A stretch of DNA of 63,985 nucleotides, counting the filler, from Choristocarpus tenellus KU-1152 (lineage: Eukaryota; Protista; Phaeophyceae): assembly GCA_964200185.2 (NCBI GenBank). It is 8 parts of 8 records of this genome, joined end to end, with 100 filler letters (N's around TTAATTAATTAA, not from the genome) between each part and the next. Parts side by side here need not be neighbours in the genome. Positions count along the whole stretch, not along the records: positions 21,900 to 26,677 come from CAXNAD020013096.1; positions 26,778 to 30,937 come from CAXNAD020015912.1; positions 31,038 to 34,498 come from CAXNAD020019884.1; positions 34,599 to 37,129 come from CAXNAD020027007.1; 4 more parts are not named here. One strand, written 5' to 3'. Position numbers and translations under genes: made by a program. How positions within the stretch are numbered: position 1 is the stretch's first letter; every line of letters starts with the position of its first letter. Positions 22,011 through 34,678 of this stretch are shown here, piece after piece. The notes under the pieces are model-generated. The model searched no databases. It saw only the letters and a list, made by a program, of their open reading frames with translations, and was not told the DNA's origin.

Positions 22011-24622
22011 TATGCTTGAGGAAATGAACAAGATGAACGATTCAAATGAAAGACTCCGAAAGGACCTGGCTAATCTCACATCCAGACTGTCCTCGCAGGA
22101 CCAGACTGCCCCCCACACCAGGCAAGACCAATCGTATCTCATCTTAGGGTTAGGGTCAAGATTTGTGATCGTACTTTAAAGTTGGGGGGAGGGGGAAGGA
22201 GGCGAAGCCCGGGGGGGATGAATGCGCAATATTTTATGTGTTCATTGTTAGTACTGTAACACAGGAGCCAAAGTATCTTAGAGGGTAAGGCCGTGTCCAT
22301 TTGGGGGCCAACATCCAATGTTGCGATTTTGATGTGATTTTGGCTATCGTGTTTGTTAGGAAGTGTCAATATCCTTGTTCCGGCCAACCTTTTCATAACG
22401 TAAACATTTTACCTACTCCTAAACATTTTGGAGTAGGAAAATGTCATAAAAAAACCCATGGGAAGCCAAGCCCCAAATGGACAAACAGCGAAAAAGTCGT
22501 ACCCTCTAAGATACTTTCACTCATAGTGTTGTTTTTATGTTATGGTATAAACTGCATAGTATTAAGAGTATAGTAGATGCAGGTTTCAAGGGGGGGAGAG
22601 GTTGATGGGAAGGCGGATATTTGTACTGAATGGGAGATGTTGATATAAGGGTGTCAGGACCTCGGTTGTTTTGCTGGTGCTAGGGTTAGGGGTATAGGGT
22701 TTGCTACTTTGGTAGGGGTATTTGACGAGGTAAGGTGATACCCCAACCGTGGTCCAAGTATATGCACCTTCAAGAATATTGAGTATTGAGTGTTGCAGTT
22801 GGTTGTATGTGGTATCTTTTTGAGTACTTGGTGACAGGGGCATATTGAAGTAGATGTATTTTAATGGTGAAAATCTGTGCTCTGTTGGTATGAATTATGT
22901 TATTTAACATTTTCAGCTTGGAAGAGAGTCGAGAATGCTGGCATGTGTATTGCATCCAAGGTCAAGTTCATGTGATGCGATCATCACGATTTATTTTTTT
23001 CTCCATTGATGTGCATGGAGTAGCTCTAGGCCTCTTTGCGTTGGTAGTCCCTTAGCAGGGGATTGATTGCAATTGGTTTGACAAATTGCTGTTCTTTTCT
23101 GCAGTATCCAAACCTAAAAGAGCTCTAGTTCCTTAGTTCCTCCCAAAATACCTGTAGCCTGTTTGAGTGGTGCCCCATCTCACACCTTATTCTTTGTTGC
23201 ATCAAGGTTGGAAAAAGCACTGCTATGTTGAATTGAACTATGGCAGGCAACAGTTAGAATACATGCCCAGGCTGAGATTTTGGTGATAGGCCTCTATTGA
23301 GTGCTGAGCTCCAGCACCCATGCCGATATCAATGGGTGCAAGACATAGGGCATGACAGCAGCATTTTGATTTGGGCCAATGGAAACGACCTATATGTTAC
23401 AATCAGCCAATAGAATTGGAATTTTCCGTCCAAGCTCCACCAATAGAAACAGCCCACATGTCACATTCAGCCAATAGCATTGGAACTGACGATCCAAACT
23501 CCACGGTAGAAGTAGCCCATGTACTGCATTCGACCAATCGTATTGAATTCGCCCTCTAAGCTCCACCAATAGAAACGATTCACACGTCGCATTCAGTCAA
23601 AATTGTCAAGTTCACCTCGTAATAGTCCTTTGTACTGGCCTCACTGTACAGTACACATGATGGAACTGCTGGGGACCGCCCCGGCCCTGGGATACTACCA
23701 AGATGGCTGAGGGGCGATAGTGGGGGAGGTACAAGTGTAAGTACAGGGGCTGAAAGTTCTCGGTTAGGTTCAGAATGTTCTGGGAATGGTCCTTCTCAAG
23801 TGCCCAGTAGGTGCAGACACTCTGTAGTTGCTCACCAAGGTGGTATCCACGATGTTGTGATTGCTGGGGTAGATGCTGGGGGGGTGTTAGTGACAGCAGG
23901 GGATGATTCGTGTGTGAAGGTGTGGGAACCATCTGCTGGGAGACTCAAGGCCACTCTTAAGGTGAGGCTGATGGGCGAAGGGGAAGGTGTCAAGGTGTTG
24001 GTTGAGGTGTCAAGGTGTTGTGGATAAAGTCAGAAATGAGTGGAGGAAATGTTAAATATGCCATGAGTTGGTTTTAGACAGGAATTTGACGGAGGGAGGA
24101 AGGCGTAGGTGGAAGTGAAATGAAGTGAGATCGCTATTGTGTTTCATCATAAGAATATGTACTTCCAATGGCGTGCATACCTATCTAGCTAGCGGGAGGG
24201 AGAGGGGAGAGGGGAGAGGTCGTCTTGTTTTGGTCTGTTGCTGACTCTAAGAGCGCCCCACCTAAGAGGCATTGCTTAGTCCCCCAGGAATGTGCACAGT
24301 GGCATGTATTGATTACGTGTGATTTAAAATAGGGAGGACTTTTCTTTGATGGAGACAATTTTTTTCCCCATGGCAATGCATCTCCTGTACATAGTACTGC
24401 GTTTGTACCTGACTGTATTTTGCCCAGTATCCTTAACCCTAAGCAATAACTTTGTGCGTGTTTGTCCCTTGTCTCACAAAAAAGGGGAAGCCAGGAGTTT
24501 GCATGATGTCTGCTGCCATTCACGGCGAATTGTTGGCAGGGGGGGGTTCTGATGGCAGCTGCACCATGTGGAATCACAAGACAGGCCGGGAGAAAGAGCG
24601 CCTTACTGGACACCAGCAAAAG
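22011..24622 (+). CDS. ATG16: ATG16-like coiled-coil + WD40 protein (internal fragment, 3 exons)
   Basis: Exons 22011-22121 (MLEEMNKMNDSNERLRKDL; GC donor), 23652-23961 (VPSRCRHSVVAHQGGI...LVTAGDDSCVKVWE) and 24485-24622 (GGSDGSCTMWN...LTGHQQK) are phase-compatible. The layout matches the ATG16L1 coiled coil then VP..AH / TLTGH..KV. The WD40 call is firm; the orthology is inferred. Confidence 0.6.
22265..22522 (+). mobile_element. MITE family A (intronic), near-TSD ACAG/ATAG
   Basis: Full TIRs present; the flanks differ at 1 of 4 nt. Confidence 0.93.
23375..23600. repeat. Degenerate ~63-bp tandem repeat (x3.5) rich in CCAAT
   Basis: tcagccaatag(a/c)attggaa...caagctccaccaatagaaac...cacatgtcacat recurs at ~23403, ~23466 and ~23530. 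Confidence 0.8.
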
Positions 24623-26638
24623 GTACACCTTATGATGTCATGTTGTGTACACTAGTAGGATAAACCTTTCAAATACCGAGTGTGAACAGTAACAGACTTA
24701 AAAAAAATAAAAAAAATGTTCTTGTTTCTGTAGTTAGTATCGATGTGCTCTATCTCAGCATGTTGAGGTAACCGAGTTCACCGAGGATGGTGGCAACTTC
24801 CCTTGTTTTGTCTTGGGCGTAGAGGTATCCTACTCCAGGTGAGGTAGTGATGTCATCCCTTCCGATGTGGAGGCTACCCTACCTCCCTTTGTTGAATACT
24901 TTTAGCAGACAATTAATTGTGTGCAATGTATCGGCTAACATGTTGTCCCCAAGGTGTGGTGTATTCTAGAATAAGATCCGCTTTTCCATATTCATATTTT
25001 TTATTTCTACAATTGGCATGTCTGCAGTATGCTGTGTGTATGTATCAAGTCAAGTTGTTGCCATGGTGGTGGTACTTCTACTCTGTTTTATGCTATGTTA
25101 GATCACACCAGCAATCAAGACTTAAGTCTTTACAAACTCCCTTGCTGTTGTAACAAAGCGCGATAGACAACTCCTCAAGAAATCTGAACTTCCAACTAAC
25201 CTCTATCAAGCCATGCCCTGTATTCAATGTGTGATAATCTTACTGTAAAAATCCAGTTGTGGTTTTGCTAAAGCCATGATCAGCATGTCTCCGTATTGAC
25301 TTTCACCCCTTGGTGGATGATCTTCTCCTTTTCAAGATACCTTGCATATTGATACCTATCATGTAGTATGTATGTGCTTGGTACGACCACCCCACATTGT
25401 CCTCTGCACCAATTAATTGGCTCCGTTGTTGTAAATATAGGATAGATTTGGACATTTCTTTGAGGTGTATGGAGGGCGACATCGATATTTTCAGATTGGA
25501 TGGTTGATTTGGATTGGCCTTAGCCACTGGTGCCTGTCAGACGATATAATATGATAAAGTATGTACATATAGGGTTAGGGTTAAAACATATCTTGGTCTT
25601 TGAAGTATAGAAATGCATCTGACCTTGTAAAGTCACTCCAGTGACAAGACTTACCATCAGAGTCAAGTTATTGTAGAGGGAGTATGGTTGGATCATAAGG
25701 ATGTAGCTGTCAATGTAACTGTGGGAGACTCCTCTTTTCGTCTTTCCATTACTTGTACACGCCTCCACCACTGTCAAATCCATGACAACCCGAGATAGAC
25801 CTCTCTCTGCAGGGTCTCACCTGACACAGCCACACCAACCAACCAAACATCATATACATGTATATATACATAGATTGTTCGGCATAGAAATGGTCAGCCA
25901 CAGGGGATGGAAGGCCTTGAATCAAATAGACTGCAATCTATCCCCTTCTGGGATACGTAGTCTCTAATTTTCGAGGTCATGCCTGCCAAGGAACACCCCA
26001 CCCCCCCTGTGAGTACGCACTGAAATGAAAGGATTTGTCCATATTGCTGAGAGGGGGGGAAGTTGCCGCCAAGGTTGTTTCAATGCACCAAGATGGAGGT
26101 TCTTACCCAGAGTAACTTCAACCAAGATGGTGATGTGTTTTGACAAGCATGCTAAGACACTCTTGTAGCGTTGCGAATATTATATTCGATTGAATTTCTA
26201 CAGTTTGAATTGGTGCCGATTGGAGCAAAACCGAGGAATTGAGGCATTAATTTTTTATTTATTTTGTGTGTGTGTGTGTGTTGCACGCCTCCATTTTCAC
26301 ACTACATTGTGTAGGTTTTGATTACAATCAAGTACGCTGGAAATTTCCTGACATGTTCAACTCAACACTCATCATCAAATGCTTTCGATTTTCTAAGCCA
26401 CAGATGTGAGAGTTTGGAAAATCTGTGCCGAACATCTCATAGAAGCCCTGCGTTTGGAACTGCGAGGCTGTTGCCCTCGTTGTTGGTGAAACAGTTACAA
26501 GCACTGCTGTATTTTTTATTTAGTGCATTGTGGCTATTTAGTGCAGAGAGTGCTGACGAAACAATTACAAATCCGGTCGTAAAAAAAAAATATGTTCCTT
26601 TCTTATGACTCTTGATTGGTGATTGGTTTCTGCTTCCT

Positions 26639-26677
<39 letters not shown>

Positions 26678-26777
26678 NNNNNNNNNNNNNNNNNNNNNNN
26701 NNNNNNNNNNNNNNNNNNNNNTTAATTAATTAANNNNNNNNNNNNNNNNNNNNNNNNNNNNNNNNNNNNNNNNNNNN
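26678..26777. other. Artificial contig linker
   Basis: 44 N + TTAATTAATTAA + 44 N. Confidence 0.98.
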
Positions 26778-26853
26778 ATACTTTTTCAGTGCACACAAGG
26801 AAATCGATGGCATCATTTCAAAAAGGTGGGGAGGGGCAAAGGCTAAAAGCACC

Positions 26854-27019
26854 GGGGGGGGGGGGGGGTTCTACACCAAGGTGTCTATTTGGGCCCTGAA
26901 CAGGAGAAGTGAACTTCCATTATCCATCCAACGCATGTAACTAAGTTCACCCAAAAATCGTGACTTGGAAAAATGGACTCTGAATGGACAGCTGCCACCC
27001 CCCTCAGATACTTTGAGCC
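26854..27019 (+). mobile_element. MITE family B, left tip missing
   Basis: Poly-G ttctacacc...cccctcagatactttgagcc. Confidence 0.88.
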
Positions 27020-27241
27020 CAAAAGACAGTGTATCTCTTGTCATATACCCTCCAGGCAGTCTGAAATACGGGGTATTTTAGCCTTCAATATTCCCAAAGG
27101 GGTATTATTGTGCACTTCACAAAACTGCTCAGCTGCACGCCCTGGTTGCCTATAGTACTCACATCCACCTCCCCTATCCCATGGTAACTCATTCCTCCTT
27201 CTACACACACAAAAAGAGGCACGAGAAGACAATTCCATTAC

Positions 27242-30200
27242 CGTCTTGTCATTCTTGTTGTGGTGAACCGTGGAGATGGCGTCATAAACCTTCTCGTAGT
27301 GGTCATTCATACTCAAGGGGTCGCTTCCCTGTGACAAGATTACCAATAGGCCTGCCAAAAGGGAGCCAACAATGACGCATGCAAGTTAAGTGGGTGAAGA
27401 AAAGGGGAAAAAATTGGCAAAGATATCGAGATACATCAATGTGTGTCCAGGTAAGGCATGGGCTTTACCTGAAGTCTCGAGTCAGTTGCCAATTGACTGT
27501 GGTGTGAGCATCAATGTGAAATGTGCTTCCAGTTGTTGGTAATGTGAAAGAGACCTTTGTCAAGTGCTCCAGAGAATGCAAACACACATTTCACATGCAA
27601 AACTAAGACACTGTCAGTCTATCCCAGAGAAACATCAAGAAAACACATGTCAGCTGCAGGAAGTACATCCGACAATGCAGAAAAGACATTTTAAAAAGAA
27701 CCAGCTCACTGCCAGTTTAGAGCTTACAGTATCTAAAGAATAGGGGATTGAGGGAGAAGGAAGAGGAGAACACGCTGATAGATTAAACAAGTTAGGGAGG
27801 TTAGGAAATATCTTCCTTGCACCTGGGTTGGACACAAAGTAGAAGCGGGGGAACTTGTTCCGTTTCTGCTCAAGGTAGCCCTCCAGACTCTTCTGGCATT
27901 TCTCTAGCTCTGTGTACATGACTGGGAGAGATGTTCGAAGCATTTCATTTGCAGCACACTCTACAACATTCCCCGTCTCGGTTGCCTTTGCCATGATCTT
28001 GGCCTGGACAAACAAGAAAAGGAAGATGATGAAAGGTAGGGTGATAGATTGTTTGCCTTCAGTGTATTTTGACATTGACTATCCTTAATATTGGAGTGAA
28101 AAACTTATCCTGGTTCTGATGAACTTGCCATTCATGGTATAACCAACAGTTGTCCCCAAAAGCGTCTTTTCGGAAGAATTTATTCATTTTCTCTGTCGGT
28201 GGTCACTTATTTTCTGCTCATATGTAGACTCCCAGATGTAACCTTTCTTATGCATGTCAAACTTAATATTTTTTTAACCTCATCCACCCAATTGTGTATT
28301 GCCCTCACCCAATCCTTGTCAATCTTTGCAAACTTCTTGGCTTCCATTGGCATTTGTTTGGCAATGTCTCCGCCAGTAAATACGGACTCCAGTGAGCACC
28401 ACATCATCTGAACCTTGAGCCTAAAGTAAGGAGTGACGAGGAGAATCAAAAATAACACATTTCTTTCAGATTAAGTTGCAAATAAGAGTAAATTTCAGTG
28501 GTGTCGGTACCTAACATCTTCTCTATCACCCCCAATAAACACTCAGAACGTATTGTGTTCAATAATTGTCCTTGCCGATATTGTATTTGGTTTGTGGTTG
28601 GTTCACGACAATTCTCTCCTGTGAGGTTGGGGCGAACTTCTTATTCAGGCGTAAAGTGGTCCAAGAAGTATGTGGCATTGACCAACGTGTTTGTTAGGAA
28701 GTGTCAATATCCTTGTTCTGGACATACACATGATATATACTCCAAAATGTGTACATTTTACCTCCTCCGAAATGTTTCCGAGTAGGAAAATGTCATAAAA
28801 TAACCGTGGGAAGCCAAGCCCCAAACAGACAAACAGAGAAAACTCGTACCCTATGAGATACTTTCACTCAATCTGGTGCTGTGAGTGTTACCATCTTTCA
28901 AGGTTGTCTGAGGTATCACTCAGAGTCTGAAGCTCCCCCTGAGCCTCCTCCCTGAATGGTGCCACATGTCGCATTGAAAGCATTGTCTGCAAGTTCATCT
29001 TTGATAGCACAAACATGCCACATATGGATCAATACATTCAGGGATCAGATGATGAGGATTGATCAGATCATGAGAGTTGAGAGACCATGATGTCAATAAC
29101 CTTAGGGCATATAAATCCACACCCTTACACAGTGCCCGTTGCAGAACATTTGGAAGTGTTGCATATGTACAGTTTGGATGAATATCACTCTAATGTATCC
29201 ATTTCAACCCAATGTTTCGTAAATCAATGAAAGCGACTCCTTGATAGAAATAGAAAATGTCTGGACCACTCACACCTGTGCTTCTTCAAGCTCTTCGACT
29301 ATGTTACCGGTTCCCTTCAGGACATTGATACCTCTCCCCTTCCACTCACTGAACACGAAAGCTTCCTAAAAACAGTAGTGGCATTTAGGGTGTGATTCAT
29401 TTGGAAGAGAAACAGCAATAGTTGTTCATTCAAGTAGTGAGAACAGCAGAAACTTCACCGGAGGGTCTATTTCTTTCTAGACAATTTACTACAATTTTGT
29501 ATGGGACGATGTATTCTGGAGTGAAGCCTGCTACTATGAGCAGTTCCCAAGGCATATTGTACTTTGAACCTCTCATTTCAAAGGCCATTGTATGTGTGCA
29601 TTGGTAAGTCGAGGTATTTTCCATGCAGTATGTGAGGAATTCATAACCAGATTCACATTGTCTTATCAGAGTGTTACACCTTCAACAAAGTGTAGGACAC
29701 AGATCAGACGGTTTGGAAACCAGTGCAACCCTTCTCCTAGCTCAATTCACCCTCCTTTCCCTCTCCTTAGATCGTGTCCATTCAAATTTACCTGCTGCCA
29801 CTTCTCCATGATCTCCTGGAGCCCGATCTGAATCTTTAGTTGCTTATCTGCACCCTCTGTGATCTCCTCAATCTCCTGTTAAGTGGGTGGCAGAGAAGCG
29901 GATCGCAGGGAAATAGTTTTGTGAGGGTACAATCCAGAAGTAACACTCACTGCAATATTTTAGTTGCACTTCATCCTCAGTGAGATTACATATACTCCAT
30001 TTAACAGAGTATGTGTGGATCGATATATTGTCAAGCATATGGCAGGGGATCCATCAATTTCAATTGGTGTGAACCCCTTTAAATTGCTGCATATGCATTG
30101 GTGTTTCAGAAATTGAAACAGCTGGGATTGCAGTCAGAGGTGCTACAAATTCTACCTAGCCTAGAGACAGACCTTTTTAGCGATCAACCCATCATATTTA

Positions 30201-30660
30201 ACATAGGCTATGAGGGGGAAGGTACACTCTATTGGGAGTAACACACATAGCTCTGTACCTGAGTATAAATCTGTGGGGGGGACATGAATCGTCTAGAAGT
30301 TCTGTAATACATACCTCTTTCTTTTCAACCATGCCAATCTCAAGAAGGGTTTGAAGCTTGAATTCTGGTCCAACCTCGAATTCAGATTCGGTCACCTGGT
30401 TTCAATCAACATTTGAGAGGAGGTGTGTTGATGCACTTCAGATTTGACTTGAGAGGCAAGATCACTGGTAAAAAGTAATCAGAAGACATGAGAGGATAGC
30501 AGCAACACTCTTAGTTGAAACGATAATGCTCATTTCTGGAGTGTTAGCCTAGGTACATTCACTCACCTCCATTACTTCTGTCCAATGCCTGGGCATGATG
30601 GATTCCTTGCTGAGTTCTTGGAGAAGTGGAAGAACTGTAAGGAAATCGTCGATATCTTGC
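27242..30660 (-). CDS. DNAH5: Axonemal dynein heavy chain, outer-arm gamma/DNAH5-8 type, DHC_N2 region (8 internal exons)
   Basis: QDIDDFLTVLPLLQELSKESIMPRHW; EIEEITEGADKQLKI; LKVQMMWCSLESVFTGGDIAKQMPMEAKKFAKIDKDW; LEKCQKSLEGYLEQKRNKFPRFYFVSNP; LLVILSQGSDP. Incomplete on both sides within this contig. Confidence 0.93.
28676..28869 (+). mobile_element. MITE family A, 5'-truncated, in a dynein intron
   Basis: cgtgtttgttaggaagtgtcaatatcc...gatactttcactc. Confidence 0.9.
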
Positions 30661-30915
30661 CTGAACAGAGTGGTTTGTCAGGATGGATGAACCGTAAGTT
30701 GAAGAGAGCAATGGGCAGGGGACGTGGGGTGATATAGTGTGTTTTCAAATTTATGTGACAAGACGTTCCATAGGACATGACTGGGGAGATATTCCATTGG
30801 ATAGTGCCGGACACTTAATTTTTCCAACCCGAAATGCTATACTGACATAACACCAACCCTTACTAGGACCTGCGGAAAGGTTGCTCAATAAATCAGGCCG
30901 TATGGACCCAGTTCT

Positions 30916-30937
30916 GACCCAAAGTATCTGGGGGGGG
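30916..30937 (+). mobile_element. MITE family B terminus at a contig end
   Basis: GACCCAAAGTATCTGGGGGGGG followed by the gap. Confidence 0.75.
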
Positions 30938-31037
30938 NNNNNNNNNNNNNNNNNNNNNNNNNNNNNNNNNNNNNNNNNNNNTTAATTAATTAANNNNNNN
31001 NNNNNNNNNNNNNNNNNNNNNNNNNNNNNNNNNNNNN
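30938..31037. other. Artificial contig linker
   Basis: 44 N + TTAATTAATTAA + 44 N. Confidence 0.98.
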
Positions 31038-31237
31038 CCCAATTTTCCCCCACATTTCACGGGGCGCACAAGGAAAACCAAACACCTTATATTTTTCTTT
31101 TTTTTTGGCGCAATAGCATGACCCAACAGAACAGGGACGTAAGAGGGGGCGGGGGGGGGAACTCTACTCAGCGCTGAAAAATCGCACGTACGGTAGACCG
31201 TTGCGGGTCACAGTCGGAGAGCTATAACGTAATCCGA

Positions 31238-31348
31238 AATAATAATAACAATAATAATGATAATAATAATAATAACATTGATAATAATAATAATAATATT
31301 GATAATAATAATAATAATAATATTGATAATAATAATAACAATATTGAT
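31238..31348. repeat. (AAT)n compound microsatellite
   Basis: Direct inspection. Confidence 0.95.
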
Positions 31349-32889
31349 GTTTAGAATTGTGTCGTGAGAAACACAGAAGCATTAATCACATCAAAAGAAG
31401 AAAAAAGACAATACACGAGGTGACTCACAAGTTTAAGGAAAAAAAAGAAGAAATCACCACCGACAAACAAGGTGAGCCCCTCTCATTCCCTCCCCACCCC
31501 CACCTCTCACCTTCATATTCAATTTGGCTAAAGTTTTGTTATGATTTCGGGAACTGTACCGCATGCGGAACAGAAGATCGTTTCAACAAAACAAAACAAA
31601 AAAACTTTTTTAAATCTCTCTCTAAAAAAGGCCAAGAAATCGGCCAGAGCACATTTTACTGACATTTCATCCCGGCAATGGTGAACAGCTCAGACCACAT
31701 TAAACAAAAATATATATGCGAATCAGGTCAGCAACGCAGATCCCTATACAAAAATAAAAATAGTGCAAAGTAACTTTTTCCCGAAATAAAAATATAAAAT
31801 TGTGAGCGTTGGACTTTTACTTCATTCGAGGCGAGATACTAAACAAATAGCGCACATCTGGGATGCAGTAGTGACTTTTGCTCAACCCAACCCAGCGGTA
31901 AACCCCCCCCCAAAAAAGGTGTTACCTCATTCACACATCTAAATGCGGGCACTGCTTGCTTCAAGCCAATCATAGGACTTACAATGCGTGCAGAGAAATA
32001 AGTTTCAAAAAAACGGTTTCGCTTATCTGTCTACAAAAAAAAATGTAGAGGAAATGATAAATAATAAAATTGTTGACCGCTCCACAACTTGCCCGCCGCT
32101 TGAAAACTATAAACATAACCGGGGCATTCCCCTTTTGCCATACAGTGTGCAGTGCACGATTTGAAAGACGGAAACACTACTGGGACTCGCGTCTTAAATC
32201 AGAGGGGAAGGGCGGGTTAGAGCAAGGAGCAACACAATAATAGAGGCAGACACCCCTCCGTTGTCGGTAGATGCAGGAAGTTCACACTACCCCCATTGCA
32301 GCGCCTAATGCTGGTGCAAAGAACAATGCCTGTCGCTTGGTTCTTGACGGATCAAATCTCTTACGGCAGCACACTGCCATCCCATGCACAAGCAATGAAT
32401 CTAAGATTCAAATAGTAGATAAACGTTCTTTACACATTGAAGCAGTGTGCTATCGACTGTACTGTACAGCTCACCATCCAGAAAAGCCTCTCCTGGAGAA
32501 CTCTTCAGCCTTAAACTCAGCGAGAGGCAGCTCCCCTCTATACATAGCCCCGGACGAGTCGCTGACCCCATCTTGGGCATTGACTGCATCTTTTTCACAC
32601 GTTGGAGGAGATATTCACTACACTATACACAATTTGTACATTATTTTCTGACCTTGGTGGTTTTGTGTTTTAATGCCACACTGTGTTGGTTGAGTGCTGT
32701 CTAACTAAAAAACACTAGAGGTGTATTGTAGCAACGTGGCGCCTTGTCTTTTTCCAAAAGGCAAAACACGGACGATGTACAACGATTGTACTTCCACATA
32801 CTTTAACAGGCCAAACGAACAAAAAGAAAATGTATCAACAGTCTGGCAAAAAAACGGGAGCTCGGCCATGTAATGTGCGACAGTTTCAC

Positions 32890-33669
32890 CTGTGACTATC
32901 ACTGCCGACTGTTTCCACTTGATGCAGCTGCTCATCAAGGAATCTGAGGCGCGATACAGACCCCTGAGTGATAAGAAAGACTCGCTCTTGTGGATCACCT
33001 TGCTCCAGCAGAATCTGAAATTCGTAAGTTATGAGGTTGGACTTATTAACTTGTTGGAGATTTTCTCAAGCTAAGGCTCATCGACAAGTAGTCAGACCTC
33101 CAACCAAATATAAAATGTAAAGACGGTTAAGGTTATATTCCCCTATGAAGGTAACAAGGTCACAAAGGCGGTCCAAAAGGTCTTGTTGCTGTTGGCACAA
33201 GAACCTCTCCAGGAAAGGTCAGAACAATGATCGAACACATCCGAGACGGTTGTTATCAGTGGCTGTGTATGTATGTATTGCGGACCAGGTCATCAGTTCT
33301 ATATTTGAATGCTTCAGGCGATTCAAGAGTTACTAGTCTCGACAACAGTCTAACATTACCCCTCACGGTCTTCACGGTTCCTTCATCCTCCTCCTTGCCT
33401 ACCTGCCAACATAGATTTGAGATGTAGCAAAACCCTGAAGGGAAATAGTGTTTAAATGTGGAAGACATCTCGGAAAAAATCACCTCGCCCTTGGAGAATT
33501 CCTCCCGATACATGTGCCTGGCTACGCTTTGGATACTCTCGTCCGAACAGTAGTGGAACAAGGTCGACGTACGGAGACCTGCGATGCACTCAGCATAGTG
33601 CTCCTCACTCAGCGGCCCCTTCACCTTACTCCTCTCAAGCTTCCTCGGGTCGTCAGGGATGTGCTGCAT
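32890..33669 (-). CDS. Cyclic-nucleotide-binding domain protein (first two exons; downstream exons unresolved)
   Basis: Exon 33484-33669 LRTSTLFHYCSDESIQSVARHMYREEFSKGE joins exon 32890-33014 ILLEQGDPQERVFLITQGSV, a canonical cNMP-domain start. Confidence 0.85.
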
Positions 33670-34498
33670 ATCCACTGAACCCCGGTCTCTTCCAAATCAA
33701 CCTTGCACTAGCTGTGACAATCGCTTGTCACTGCTGTGTCTACTGGGATCAAGTCGACCAAAAAAGCTCAAACTCCTTGAAAGGTTTGAAGTCCAGCACC
33801 AACTAACGTCACAGACAGGTAGAGATAGGTAAGCCCAAACCCTTTGAAGGCAGTGTTTGGCGTCACGCCAAAAACTCCGTCCACGTCTTCACAGCCCACT
33901 CCTCAACGGGTAGCAGATGGGTGTAGTGTGGTAATGTAGTTGGAGAGGTGGTCAAAATATTATGTGTTCAATACACTGGTGTGTGGGAGTCCATCGAACA
34001 TTTGTAACCACATCCACATTTTTCCAAACCACGGTTATATATATTATGTATTTTATCTGTGTTATATCAATCATGAATCTGAGATACTTTACCTATCATA
34101 AAAGAAAATTTCAAGTCCAATTAAATTTTGTGTCCTATATTTTTTCTATGTCCTATAGTAAAATTAGGATACAACACACATCTGGAAAAGCAATCTAAAA
34201 CCCCATACAGACTTTCACACTGGATCTTATTATTTGAATTTTTCCTGACACATCTGGAATATGTCAAGGACCAAAATTATATTATATATACACATATGTA
34301 TATAGTTTTCATTGGTTTTCCCCTGACACATCTGCAAAATGTCAGAAGGCATAATAATATAAATATATAGTGTGTGTGACAACAACACAACTGGCTCTAT
34401 CAGCACGTGTCATCCGATTTAAACTCTTGACACTGTGGAAAGCATGTTTGTCTGTTATTATACCGTTATTGCCGTATGCCATATACCGTTATACCGTG

Positions 34499-34598
34499 NN
34501 NNNNNNNNNNNNNNNNNNNNNNNNNNNNNNNNNNNNNNNNNNTTAATTAATTAANNNNNNNNNNNNNNNNNNNNNNNNNNNNNNNNNNNNNNNNNNNN
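34499..34598. other. Artificial contig linker
   Basis: 44 N + TTAATTAATTAA + 44 N. Confidence 0.98.
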
Positions 34599-34642
34599 GT
34601 TCGTGAAGTTGCTCTCCCTGCCCCGCTCCCCCTATTCCCCCA

Positions 34643-34678
34643 CCCCCCCCCCCCCCCCCCCCCCAGATACTTTGACCC
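34643..34678. mobile_element. MITE family B terminus near a contig start
   Basis: Poly-C followed by AGATACTTTGACCC. Confidence 0.75.

Noticed and set aside
22139-22573. Recurring small ORFs such as KIQCCNFDVILAIVFVRKCQYPCS as a gene family
   Set aside because: They are translations of MITE family A copies, and the frames are not conserved between copies.
31164-31382. Tyr-rich ORF (also the Val/Ile- and Tyr-rich ORFs at 59790-60299)
   Set aside because: These are microsatellite translations.
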